A program made the translations under genes and the position numbers. The notes under the pieces were generated by a model, which saw nothing but the letters and a program-made list of their open reading frames with translations, did not search any database and was not told where the DNA came from. 64,000 bases of DNA, taken from positions 37,178 through 101,177 of the forward strand of contig DASXQT010000075.1 in NCBI GenBank assembly GCA_036507005.1. Reading direction: 5' to 3'. Within the stretch, counting starts at the first letter, position 1, and each line of letters opens with the position of its first letter. The DNA is from Candidatus Eiseniibacteriota bacterium. Its GTDB lineage: Bacteria > Eisenbacteria > RBG-16-71-46. Positions 34,109 to 42,281 of this stretch are shown piece after piece.

Positions 34109-35847
34109 AGCACCTGAATGCAGACGAGCTGAGCGCGCTCCACGACGGAGCGCTCGATCCGGAGACGCGCGCGCGCGCCGAGCGGCACCTCGGCGAGTGC
34201 GCCGAGTGCCGCGCCGCGCTCGAGACCCTCGGGCGCCTGGACGAATCGCTCGCGGCCGCCCTCGCGCACGATCCAGGCGACGCCCACTTCGAGTCGCTGG
34301 CGGCGCGCATCGAGGAGCGCATCGCCGCAGCGGGCGCGCCCGAGGCGCGGGCCGCGCGCGGGTGGCTGGGCGGCCTCGGCGCTTCACTCCGCAGGCCGCG
34401 CACGCTGGCGTGGGTGGGGAGCGCGCTCGCGCTGGTCGTCGTTGCGGGCGTGGTGCTCATCAACCTGCAGAGCGGGGAGAACGCGGCGCTGCGGGACCGC
34501 ATGCTCGCGCAGCGCGCCGGGCAGGCGGCCGGCCGGGAGCGCGCGGACGAGACGGGGCGGGCTCAGCACGCCGAGGAGCGGGCGGGAGCGCCCGCGCCCG
34601 TGCCCGAGCCGGCGCCGGTGCCCGCGCCGGGCGCGGCGTCGGGCGCGGCGTCGGCGCCGATCCCGGGTGCGGGGCCCGCGTCGGAGAACGCGCAGGCCGT
34701 AGTGCCGGCGACGGACAAGACCAGGGCGAGCGCGCCCGCGGCCGGCGGCGCCGAGGGAAGCGCGACTCCGTCCGCGGCGCTGCGCGCGCGCGAGGAGGGC
34801 GGGAAGCCCTCGCCGGCCCAGGCGACGACGCCCGCGCCCGGGGCACCCGCGCCCCATCGCGAGGCCGCGCCGCGCCGCGCCTACGAGGTCAAGCGTGGGC
34901 CGTCGGGAGAGGATGTGCCCGCCCGGAAGCCCGAGGGGAGGTTCGCGCAGCCGCCCCCCCCGGCTCCGCGCGCGGCCTCGGGGGACGTGACGCAGAGTGC
35001 CAAGCCGCGCCTCGCGCTGCCGCTCGACGGCCAGCCCGCGCCCCGACTGGACGAGGAGTCCAAGAAGGATCTGAGCGCGGCGACCCCTGAATCCACGCCG
35101 CCGCCTCTGGGAAAAACCCTCGCTGGGCGGCGCACCGCCGAGCTTCCGCCCGAGCCGGAGAAGCCCAAGGTCGAAGCCGGCGCGCAGGCGGCCGGGCTCC
35201 TCGTGTGCGGCGACGTGAAGGACGCGCTCGGGCGGCCGGTGGCGTCCGCCACGGTGACGCTCGTGACCTTCGGGCGCGGGGTGTCGACCGACGCGGGTGG
35301 CCACTTCTGCCTGGAGGTCCCGCCCGGCGACCAGACGCTCTCCGTGATCGCGGTGGGCTACAAGCCGCTGCGCCGCGAGGTGCACGCCGCGCCGGAGGTG
35401 CCCGCGCTCGCGCTCACGCTCGAAGCCGTGTCGGCTCTCGACCAGGGACGGAGCGGCTCCGTGTCCTGGTTCCGCGGCCCGCCGCAGGCCACCTTCCCGC
35501 AGGAGGAATCCGCCGACGACGCGTTCCGCACGGCTCCCCGCGCGCTGCAGGCGGCCGCGAGCGGCGCGGCGCGGCTCACCGAGGCGGCCGTGCGCTCGAA
35601 ATCGGCCCCGAGGTTCGAGGCCGCGGCGGCCGATTGGGAGCGGGTGCGCGCGCGAGCAAAGGACGGCCCGTTCGAGGTCGCGGCCCGCTACCGCATCGCC
35701 GAGGCGCGCTTCCGCGCCTGGGAGCTCGAGCCGACGGCGAATCGCGCCTTCGCCGCAACCGACGCGCTGACCTCGTTCCTGGTGCGCGCGCCGATCGGCG
35801 TGGAGCGCGACCGGGCCGCGGTCTGGCTCGACCGCGTGCGGCGGTAG
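34105..35847 (+). CDS. anti-sigma factor (zinc-finger, single TM) with Pro/Ala-rich linker and C-terminal CarbopepD_reg-like domain
   Basis: GTGA overlap with the sigma-factor stop. HLGECAECRAAL zinc motif, one TM helix (WVGSALALVVVAGVVLI), a long low-complexity linker, then VTLVTFGRGVSTDAGGHFCLEVPPGDQTLSVIAVGY. Confidence 0.65.
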   Translation: MKHLNADELSALHDGALDPETRARAERHLGECAECRAALETLGRLDESLAAALAHDPGDAHFESLAARIEERIAAAGAPEARAARGWLGGLGASLRRPRTLAWVGSALALVVVAGVVLINLQSGENAALRDRMLAQRAGQAAGRERADETGRAQHAEERAGAPAPVPEPAPVPAPGAASGAASAPIPGAGPASENAQAVVPATDKTRASAPAAGGAEGSATPSAALRAREEGGKPSPAQATTPAPGAPAPHREAAPRRAYEVKRGPSGEDVPARKPEGRFAQPPPPAPRAASGDVTQSAKPRLALPLDGQPAPRLDEESKKDLSAATPESTPPPLGKTLAGRRTAELPPEPEKPKVEAGAQAAGLLVCGDVKDALGRPVASATVTLVTFGRGVSTDAGGHFCLEVPPGDQTLSVIAVGYKPLRREVHAAPEVPALALTLEAVSALDQGRSGSVSWFRGPPQATFPQEESADDAFRTAPRALQAAASGAARLTEAAVRSKSAPRFEAAAADWERVRARAKDGPFEVAARYRIAEARFRAWELEPTANRAFAATDALTSFLVRAPIGVERDRAAVWLDRVRR

Positions 35848-36027
35848 GAAGCTCGCCCCGAGGCGCAGGTGGCGCGGGCGCTCGCGCCCGCCGGCCTGCA
35901 GCGCCGCCGCGGTTCGACTCCCGCGCCCCGGCTCACAAAACCCCTTGAGCCGAGCGCGCTTCTCGTCCAACCTTGGGGCTTTCCGTGGGACGCCGCCCCA
36001 ACGTCCCCTCCATCGCGAGGAGAGACC

Positions 36028-38001
36028 GTGGCCACCGAAACGATTCCTGCGGCCGAAGCGCCGCGCACCGCCGAAGAGATCGAGCGCGAGTGGTTCGAGA
36101 CCGTCTACGCCGGCGACCGCATGCCGCAGCTCACCCCGCGGGCGGTCGTGATGGGCATGCTGCTCGGCATGCTCATGGCGTGCTCCAACGTCTACGTGGG
36201 CCTCAAGGCGGGGTGGAGCCTGGGGGTGGGGATCACCTCGTGCATCCTCGCCTACAGCATCTTCGCCACGCTCCACCGGACGATGCCGCGGCTCTTCCCG
36301 CCCTTCAGCATCCTCGAGAACAACTGCATGCAGTCGTGCGCCTCGGTCGCGGGCGTGATGACGAGCGGAGGGCTCGTGAACGCCATCCCCGCGCTCATGA
36401 TGCTCAACGCCACGGCCCTGCCCCTCGACTTCAGGCAGCGCTGCCTGTGGCTGATCCCGTGGATCGTCTGCATCTGCTGGATGGGCGTGTTCCTGGCCGT
36501 GCCGGCCAAGCGCCAGATGATCAACGTCGAGAAGCTCCCGTTCCCGACCGGGACCGCGGCGGCGGCCACGCTGCGCGCGCTCCACACCAAGGGCGAGACC
36601 GCCGCGCGCCAAGCGTCCTCGCTCGGCATCGCGGGGCTGATCGGGGCGGTCATCACCTGGATGCGGGACGCCGAGTTCAGCTTCCTCAAGATCACCACAC
36701 TCGCGGGCGCGCCGGACTGGTCCCCGGTCAAGGGGCTGGTCACCCCGGCCTGGGGCTGGTGGCAGGGCCATCTCCCGTGGCTGGGCTATCCCAAGATCGA
36801 GTCGGTATGGGGCACGAGCTGGATCAAGCTCGGGCAGTACAAGGACAAGCTGCTCGGCTTGAACCAGGTCACGATGTCGCTCGAGGGCTCGCTGCTGTTC
36901 GTCGCCGCGGGCGCGATCATCAGCTTCCGCCAGGCGTGGAGCATGCTGCTCGGGGCGGTGATCAACTACGGCGTGCTGGCCCCGTACTTCCTGCGGGCCG
37001 GGGTGATCGAGGCCCCGAGCTTCCGCAAGATCTCCTCCTGGAGCCTGTGGATCGGGGTCCCGATGATGGTGACCTCGGGCCTGCTGCTCTTCTTCATGAA
37101 CTGGAGGACCGTGCTGCGCGCCTTCAGCACCATCACGGCGTTCCTCAAGCGCAAGGCCGGCGTCGACCCCATGGACCGCATCGAGGTGCCCGGATCGTGG
37201 TTCCTGGGCGGATTCGCCGCGCTGGGGGTGGTGATCGTGATCCTCGGCCACGGCCTGTTCCACATCACCTGGTGGATGGGCGCGATCGCGGTGCTCGCCA
37301 CTTTCCTGCTGGTGGTGGTCGCGGCGCGCGCCACCGGCGAGACCGACGTCACGCCGGTCGGCCCCTTGAGCAAGATCACCCAGCTCACCTTCGGCGCGAT
37401 CAAGCCGGGCGACATCACCGTGAACCTGATGACCGCCAACATCACGGCCGGAGCCACGGGCTGCGCCGCCGAGCTGCTCACGGACCTGAAGAGCGGCTAC
37501 CTCCTGGGCGCCAAACCGCGGCAACAGTTCTTCGCGCAGCTGTTCGGCGTGCTCGCGGGCGGCCTGATCGTCGTGCCGGTCTACTTCATCCTGATTCCGA
37601 CCGTGGACCTGCTCGGCACCGAGCGCTGGCCCGCGCCCGCGGCGCTGGTGTGGCGCGGCGTGGCCGAGCTGCTCGCCAAGGGCGTGGGCGCGCTGCCGGT
37701 CTCGGCGCGCTGGGGGCTCCTGATCGGGGGCGTGATCGGGATCCTCCTGCCCCTGCTCGAGATGGCGTTCCCGAAGCACAAGAAGTTCATGCCGTCCGCG
37801 ACCGGGCTCGGGCTCGCGTTCACCATCAACGGCTTCAACTCGATCTCGTTCTTCCTCGGCGCCACCCTCGCCCTGTGGTTCAGGAAGGCGCGTCCCCAGC
37901 TCGCCGAGCAGTACACCATCCCGGTCTCCTCCGGCATCATCGCGGGCGAGAGCCTGATGGGCGTGCTGATCGCGCTCTTGACCATCGCCGTGGCGCGCTG
38001 A
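36028..38001 (+). CDS. OPT family oligopeptide transporter
   Basis: RBS GGAGAG plus GTG 36028. Roughly 16 TM helices. The N-terminus EIEREWFETVYAGDRMPQLTPRAVVMGMLLGMLMACSNVYVGLKAG is typical of the OPT family. Confidence 0.8.
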   Translation: MATETIPAAEAPRTAEEIEREWFETVYAGDRMPQLTPRAVVMGMLLGMLMACSNVYVGLKAGWSLGVGITSCILAYSIFATLHRTMPRLFPPFSILENNCMQSCASVAGVMTSGGLVNAIPALMMLNATALPLDFRQRCLWLIPWIVCICWMGVFLAVPAKRQMINVEKLPFPTGTAAAATLRALHTKGETAARQASSLGIAGLIGAVITWMRDAEFSFLKITTLAGAPDWSPVKGLVTPAWGWWQGHLPWLGYPKIESVWGTSWIKLGQYKDKLLGLNQVTMSLEGSLLFVAAGAIISFRQAWSMLLGAVINYGVLAPYFLRAGVIEAPSFRKISSWSLWIGVPMMVTSGLLLFFMNWRTVLRAFSTITAFLKRKAGVDPMDRIEVPGSWFLGGFAALGVVIVILGHGLFHITWWMGAIAVLATFLLVVVAARATGETDVTPVGPLSKITQLTFGAIKPGDITVNLMTANITAGATGCAAELLTDLKSGYLLGAKPRQQFFAQLFGVLAGGLIVVPVYFILIPTVDLLGTERWPAPAALVWRGVAELLAKGVGALPVSARWGLLIGGVIGILLPLLEMAFPKHKKFMPSATGLGLAFTINGFNSISFFLGATLALWFRKARPQLAEQYTIPVSSGIIAGESLMGVLIALLTIAVAR

Positions 38002-38054
38002 CCGGCGCCGAAAGCGCGCCAGTTCCGGCCCGGCCGCGCCGATACCGGGGGAGC

Positions 38055-39179
38055 ATGATCACGATCCTCCCGCTCCTGGTCCTGCTCGCCGCGTCGGGCG
38101 GCTCCGCGGAGACGCATCACTTCGAGCGCCTGTGCGCCCAGGTCGCGGCCGACTACGACAGCGCCCGCGGCGGCTTCGTCACCAAGGACGGCGCCCCGAT
38201 CGAGAGCGCGGTCGAGCTCGGCTTCGCCCTCGGCGGCGAGCGCGGCGACCCGCTGTGGCTCGCGCGCGCGCACCGCACCGCGGAGTGGATGCACGTGCTC
38301 TACGACTCGGCCGGCGGCGGCTTCTTCCTGCGGCTGCGGGATGCCGATCCGTCCTACGCCTCGTTCGAGAAGCCCACCCGGGCCAACGCCCGAAGGCTCG
38401 AGAACCTGATCGACGCCTGGCAGCACGGCGGCAGCGACGCCGACCGCCGCGCCGCCGCGCGCGTCGCCGACTACATGGACCGCGTGCTGCTCGACGCCCG
38501 CGGCGGGTTCGTGGCCGGGCAGGTCGGCGACCGGCAGCTCGTGCCCGAGGCCAACGGCTACGCGATCCGGGCCTGGCTGCGCTGGGCCGGGGCGAACGGC
38601 GACCCGCGCCTGCGCGAGTTCGCGTGGAAGAGCCTCGACCGCGTGTGGCAGGAATGCTGGGTCGAGGGCCTCGGGCTCATGCGCCTCGACATGTTCGGCC
38701 GGCGCGAGGGCTCGCCGCTGCTCGAGGACCAGTGCGAGATGGGGCGGGCGTTCATTCTGGCCGCCCACTTCGGCGGCCGCGAGGCCGACCTCGCGCGGGC
38801 GCGGGTTCTCGGCAACCTGGTGGTGGAGCGCTTCGAGGAGCCCGAGAAGGGCGGGTTCGCCCAGTACTCCCGGCCGCGCGGCGACGAGGGCAAGGCGAAG
38901 CGCGGCGGGCGCAAGTTCGACGAGAACGCGCGCGCCGTGCGCTTCCTGGCCGAGCTGGCCTCGGTCACCGGCAAGAACGAGTTCCGCGACGCCGCGCGCC
39001 GCGCCATACAGGTGTTCGAGCGCGACCTCGGCCGGGCGCGCGAGGACGCCGCCGACTGGGCGCTCGCGCTGCGCGCGCTCGAGGCGTCCGACCTGCCCTC
39101 GCGGCCGAAATGGAGCGAGCCTCCCAAGGCCGCGCCCGAATCGCCGCGCGTGTTCCGGATCCGGGGCCGGAGGCGGTAA
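38055..39179 (+). CDS. secreted hypothetical protein (DUF255/YyaL C-terminal six-hairpin glycosidase-like)
   Basis: RBS GGGGAG. Signal peptide MITILPLLVLLAASGGSA. 374 aa. Confidence 0.5.
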   Translation: MITILPLLVLLAASGGSAETHHFERLCAQVAADYDSARGGFVTKDGAPIESAVELGFALGGERGDPLWLARAHRTAEWMHVLYDSAGGGFFLRLRDADPSYASFEKPTRANARRLENLIDAWQHGGSDADRRAAARVADYMDRVLLDARGGFVAGQVGDRQLVPEANGYAIRAWLRWAGANGDPRLREFAWKSLDRVWQECWVEGLGLMRLDMFGRREGSPLLEDQCEMGRAFILAAHFGGREADLARARVLGNLVVERFEEPEKGGFAQYSRPRGDEGKAKRGGRKFDENARAVRFLAELASVTGKNEFRDAARRAIQVFERDLGRAREDAADWALALRALEASDLPSRPKWSEPPKAAPESPRVFRIRGRRR

Positions 39180-39189
39180 GGCGGGGGGG

Positions 39190-39240
39190 CGCGTCGGGAG
39201 GAATCGCTCGCCCGGCAGCGAGCACCCTCCGCGCGTCCGC
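39190..39240. terminator. GC-rich hairpin between convergent genes (bidirectional terminator candidate)
   Basis: gggaggaatcGCTCGCccggcaGCGAGCaccctcc has nested inverted repeats. It sits between the stop codons at 39179 (+) and 39245 (-). Confidence 0.35.
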
Positions 39241-39244
39241 CGGA

Positions 39245-40684
39245 TCACCTCGGAACCCACCCGGCGAGCTTGAACAGTTCCCCGCCCCCGGGGGCGATCG
39301 TTCCGGTAGCGAACGAGCCCGAGTTCGATGCGACGGGGATCAGGCGGCCGTCGAGCTTGCCGACACGATGGACGGTGCGAGCGACCCCCCTGAGCGTGAC
39401 GCGGAACGACTGTGCGAGCAGCGTATCCTTGTTCGCGATCAGGACGTAGTCACCCTCCCCGTCACGCGCCTTGAAATAGCCAGCCAACCCCTCGCTGGAA
39501 GCGCCCTCGAGGTCCGACACCGGGGTGAGCGCGCTCCCCGGACGCGAGGGCGTGTCGTCGCCGCGAGGCACGACGAATCGATTGCCGGCGGCGTGGAAGA
39601 CCGCCACCGGATCGACCTGCATGAGAGTGGGGCCGAGCCCGCGAAGCTCGGCATTGAGCGCGGCCAGCGAATCGTGCAGGGCCCCGTTCTCGGACCCATC
39701 CCTGGTGAGGAACGAAGCGCCGTAGCCCGGCTCCGACGGGGGACCATCCCGGGGGCGGAGCGTCCAGTACAGGATCCCCTTGGCGCCGTACGCAATGGAG
39801 ACGTAAGCCTGCCAGCGAATCTGCTGGAAGGTCGGCGTCGGCCGATACGGGGAGCGCATGTCCTCCCGGCGCGGGGCCGCTTGGATCACCGACCAGAACG
39901 GGATCCGGTAGTTGGGCCGGCTGTGCTGGGCCGCTTTCTCCCTGACCAGCGCGAGCTGCACGAAGTACAGGCGGAAATCGGCGGAGGGTGTCTCGAAGGG
40001 GTACTTGTCGAACGAGACGACCGGCGCCGGGAAGGAGTCGGAGTCGAACGGCGACAGGTACTGGTCCAGGTAGCATCCGTACGCGGCCAGCGTGTCCCGG
40101 CTGCAGGGGGGCTGGAACCATTCGTACGCCTGGATGGGAAGCAGGTTGACCAGGGCGAGCTTGTCGTGCGTGCCAGCTCCGTTCGTGGAGTCGCGAAGCA
40201 TGAGCGTCATCTCGTGGATCGTCGTGAAGACCCGATCCGCGGCGAGCTTCCGATGCGGCGGATAATAAAGAGGCGGCTCGTCCCACAGAATCCAGCCCGC
40301 CACGGACGGGCTGTTGAGCCCGGCGGAAGGCATCAGCTCGCCCAGGAGGGCGGCGCGGTTCGCGGCCGGGTTCGGGTTCTTGAACAGGCTCCGCGGGTCG
40401 CCGGTCTCCAGATACGCGAACTCCTGCATCCGGAATCCCGGCCGAGTCGCGCGCAGCGAATCGAGGCGCGCTGCGATCCGGCGCGCGAGCGCCGGGGTGG
40501 GGTTGTCGAACGGCACCACGAACTCCAGGCCGGCGTCGTTCAGCCGGATCAGGCTCATGGGGTCGCCGCCCACGCCGAAGCCGCCGATCACGAAAGTCGT
40601 CTGTCTCCAAGCTGCGGGCGCGTCCCGCGTCTGGCTCCCGAGAACAAGCAGGGCAGGAAGCAAACGGCAGAACATCCTGCCCAT
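39245..40684 (-). CDS. secreted hypothetical protein (479 aa)
   Basis: RBS AGGAGG. Signal peptide MGRMFCRLLPALLVLGS. No motif recognised. Confidence 0.6.
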   Translation of the reverse strand: MGRMFCRLLPALLVLGSQTRDAPAAWRQTTFVIGGFGVGGDPMSLIRLNDAGLEFVVPFDNPTPALARRIAARLDSLRATRPGFRMQEFAYLETGDPRSLFKNPNPAANRAALLGELMPSAGLNSPSVAGWILWDEPPLYYPPHRKLAADRVFTTIHEMTLMLRDSTNGAGTHDKLALVNLLPIQAYEWFQPPCSRDTLAAYGCYLDQYLSPFDSDSFPAPVVSFDKYPFETPSADFRLYFVQLALVREKAAQHSRPNYRIPFWSVIQAAPRREDMRSPYRPTPTFQQIRWQAYVSIAYGAKGILYWTLRPRDGPPSEPGYGASFLTRDGSENGALHDSLAALNAELRGLGPTLMQVDPVAVFHAAGNRFVVPRGDDTPSRPGSALTPVSDLEGASSEGLAGYFKARDGEGDYVLIANKDTLLAQSFRVTLRGVARTVHRVGKLDGRLIPVASNSGSFATGTIAPGGGELFKLAGWVPR

Positions 40685-40816
40685 CCATCCTCCTCTCCGC
40701 AGGGGTCCGTGCTGCCACCTTCGCCGTTGCGCGACGCTAGGGTTCGAGCTGGTCGGGGGTCAAACTCGCCGGGGAAGGTGCCGCGGCACGCTTCGGCGCG
40801 GGCCCGCGGCGCGAGC

Positions 40817-40846
40817 GTTGACCTCTCCGGCTTGAGCCCGTAGGTT
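40817..40846 (+). promoter_or_regulatory. promoter-like GTTGACC-N17-TAGGTT upstream of the GT4 gene
   Basis: Read in the sequence, 112 nt upstream of GTG 40958. Confidence 0.3.
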
Positions 40847-40957
40847 GACGCGCCGGCCGCCGGTGCAGGCGGCGCGAGATCGGCGGGGCGCGCGGCGAAG
40901 AGACGAGAGGCGCGAGATTCCGGACCGGCGCGAGGCGCGCGCAGGAGCGGGCACGCT

Positions 40958-42121
40958 GTGAGGATCGTTCACCTCTACAAGGACTACTACCCGCCCGTGG
41001 AGGGCGGCATCGAGCGCACGGTCTGGCGAATGGCGCGGGGGGCTGCGGCGGCCGGCGCGGACGTGACCGTGCTCACCTCGGCGCACGGCGCCCGCCATAC
41101 GTCGGAGGAGAGGCTCGATGGCGTCCGGATCGTCCGCTGCGCCGAGTGGGCCCGTTTTCTCTCGACGCCGTTCTGCCCCGGCATGCCGGGCCGCCTCGCT
41201 TCGCTCGAAGCCGACATCCTCCATCTCCAGTTCCCGAGCCCCCCCGGCGAGATCAGCACGCTGATCGCCAAGCGCTCGGTGCCTGTGGTCGTGACCTATC
41301 AGTCCGACATCGTCCGGCAGGCCGCCCTGCTCCCAGTCTACGGGCCGGTGGTGCGCGCCATCCTCGCCCGGGCGCGGGTGATCATGACAACCTCTCCTCA
41401 GTACCTGGATCATTCCCCGTTTCTGCAGCCCCACCGCGCCAAGTGTGTCGTGATCCCGCTCGGAATCGAGCTCGAGGGCTTCAGCGGGAACGGCGCGGTG
41501 GACGCCGCCGCAGCCGACCTGCGCGCGCGCCACGGGACGCCGCACATCCTCTTCGTGGGCCGATTCCGCTACTACAAGGGGCTCGACGTCCTGATCGACG
41601 CGATGCCCGCGGTGCGCGCGCGGCTGGTCCTCGTGGGGGCGGGTCCCGAGGAGGCCCGGCTCCGCGCGCAGTGCGCGCGCCTCGGGCTCGGCGAGCGGGT
41701 GGTCTTCGCCGGCTCGGTCGAAGACCGAATGCTGGCCGCTCACTACCGCGCCGCCGACCTCTTCGTGCTGCCTTCGACTCACCCGAGCGAGGCGTTCGGC
41801 CTGGTCATGGTAGAAGCCCAGGCGAGTGGCCGGGCGGTGGTCTCGACCGAGCTCGGCACCGGCACGTCGTACGTGAACGTTCACGGGGAGACCGGCCTCG
41901 TCGTGCCTCCGCGGAATCCGGCGGCCCTCGCGGCGGCCATCAACCGCCTGCTCGAGGATTTGCCGCTGCGAACCAGGATGGGCGATGCGGCTCGCCGCCG
42001 TTGCCGCCAGCTGTTCTCCTCCGAGCACATGGTGTCCTCGGTGCTGCGGGTCTACGAGTCCGTCGTGGGCTCTCCGGCGGCGGGCGAACGGGGGGTTCGC
42101 GCCGGCGCCTCCGCGTCTTGA
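40958..42121 (+). CDS. GT4 family glycosyltransferase
   Basis: 387 aa. C-terminal GT4 signature with the E..E motif region (FVLPSTHPSEAFGLVMVEAQASGRAVVST). Confidence 0.85.
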   Translation: MRIVHLYKDYYPPVEGGIERTVWRMARGAAAAGADVTVLTSAHGARHTSEERLDGVRIVRCAEWARFLSTPFCPGMPGRLASLEADILHLQFPSPPGEISTLIAKRSVPVVVTYQSDIVRQAALLPVYGPVVRAILARARVIMTTSPQYLDHSPFLQPHRAKCVVIPLGIELEGFSGNGAVDAAAADLRARHGTPHILFVGRFRYYKGLDVLIDAMPAVRARLVLVGAGPEEARLRAQCARLGLGERVVFAGSVEDRMLAAHYRAADLFVLPSTHPSEAFGLVMVEAQASGRAVVSTELGTGTSYVNVHGETGLVVPPRNPAALAAAINRLLEDLPLRTRMGDAARRRCRQLFSSEHMVSSVLRVYESVVGSPAAGERGVRAGASAS

Positions 42122-42281
42122 GGGCCGCGGGCCGCGACGCCCACCCTCTGCTTCACGCCCCGCGAGCGGCAATTATGCCGTTGCCGGAAAGGAATGTGCG
42201 AGAGAGAATGATTCAATGGGTCGCTGCCGGAGACGCCGGGGGACCAGCCGCCGCGAACGATCCCACGGGGAGGTTTCCAGC

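Noticed and set aside
34384-37779. 1131-aa antisense ORF opposite the anti-sigma and OPT genes, and the + frame 35973..38054 preceding the secreted protein at 38055
   Set aside because: Low-complexity products. The sense genes have clear TM/OPT signatures, and the real gene in the 35973 frame starts at ATG 38055 with an RBS and signal peptide.
40735-40760. tRNA-like T-arm sequence GGGTTCGAGC
   Set aside because: No acceptor stem or anticodon arm could be built around it. It lies in the divergent promoter region of the secreted-protein and GT4 genes.
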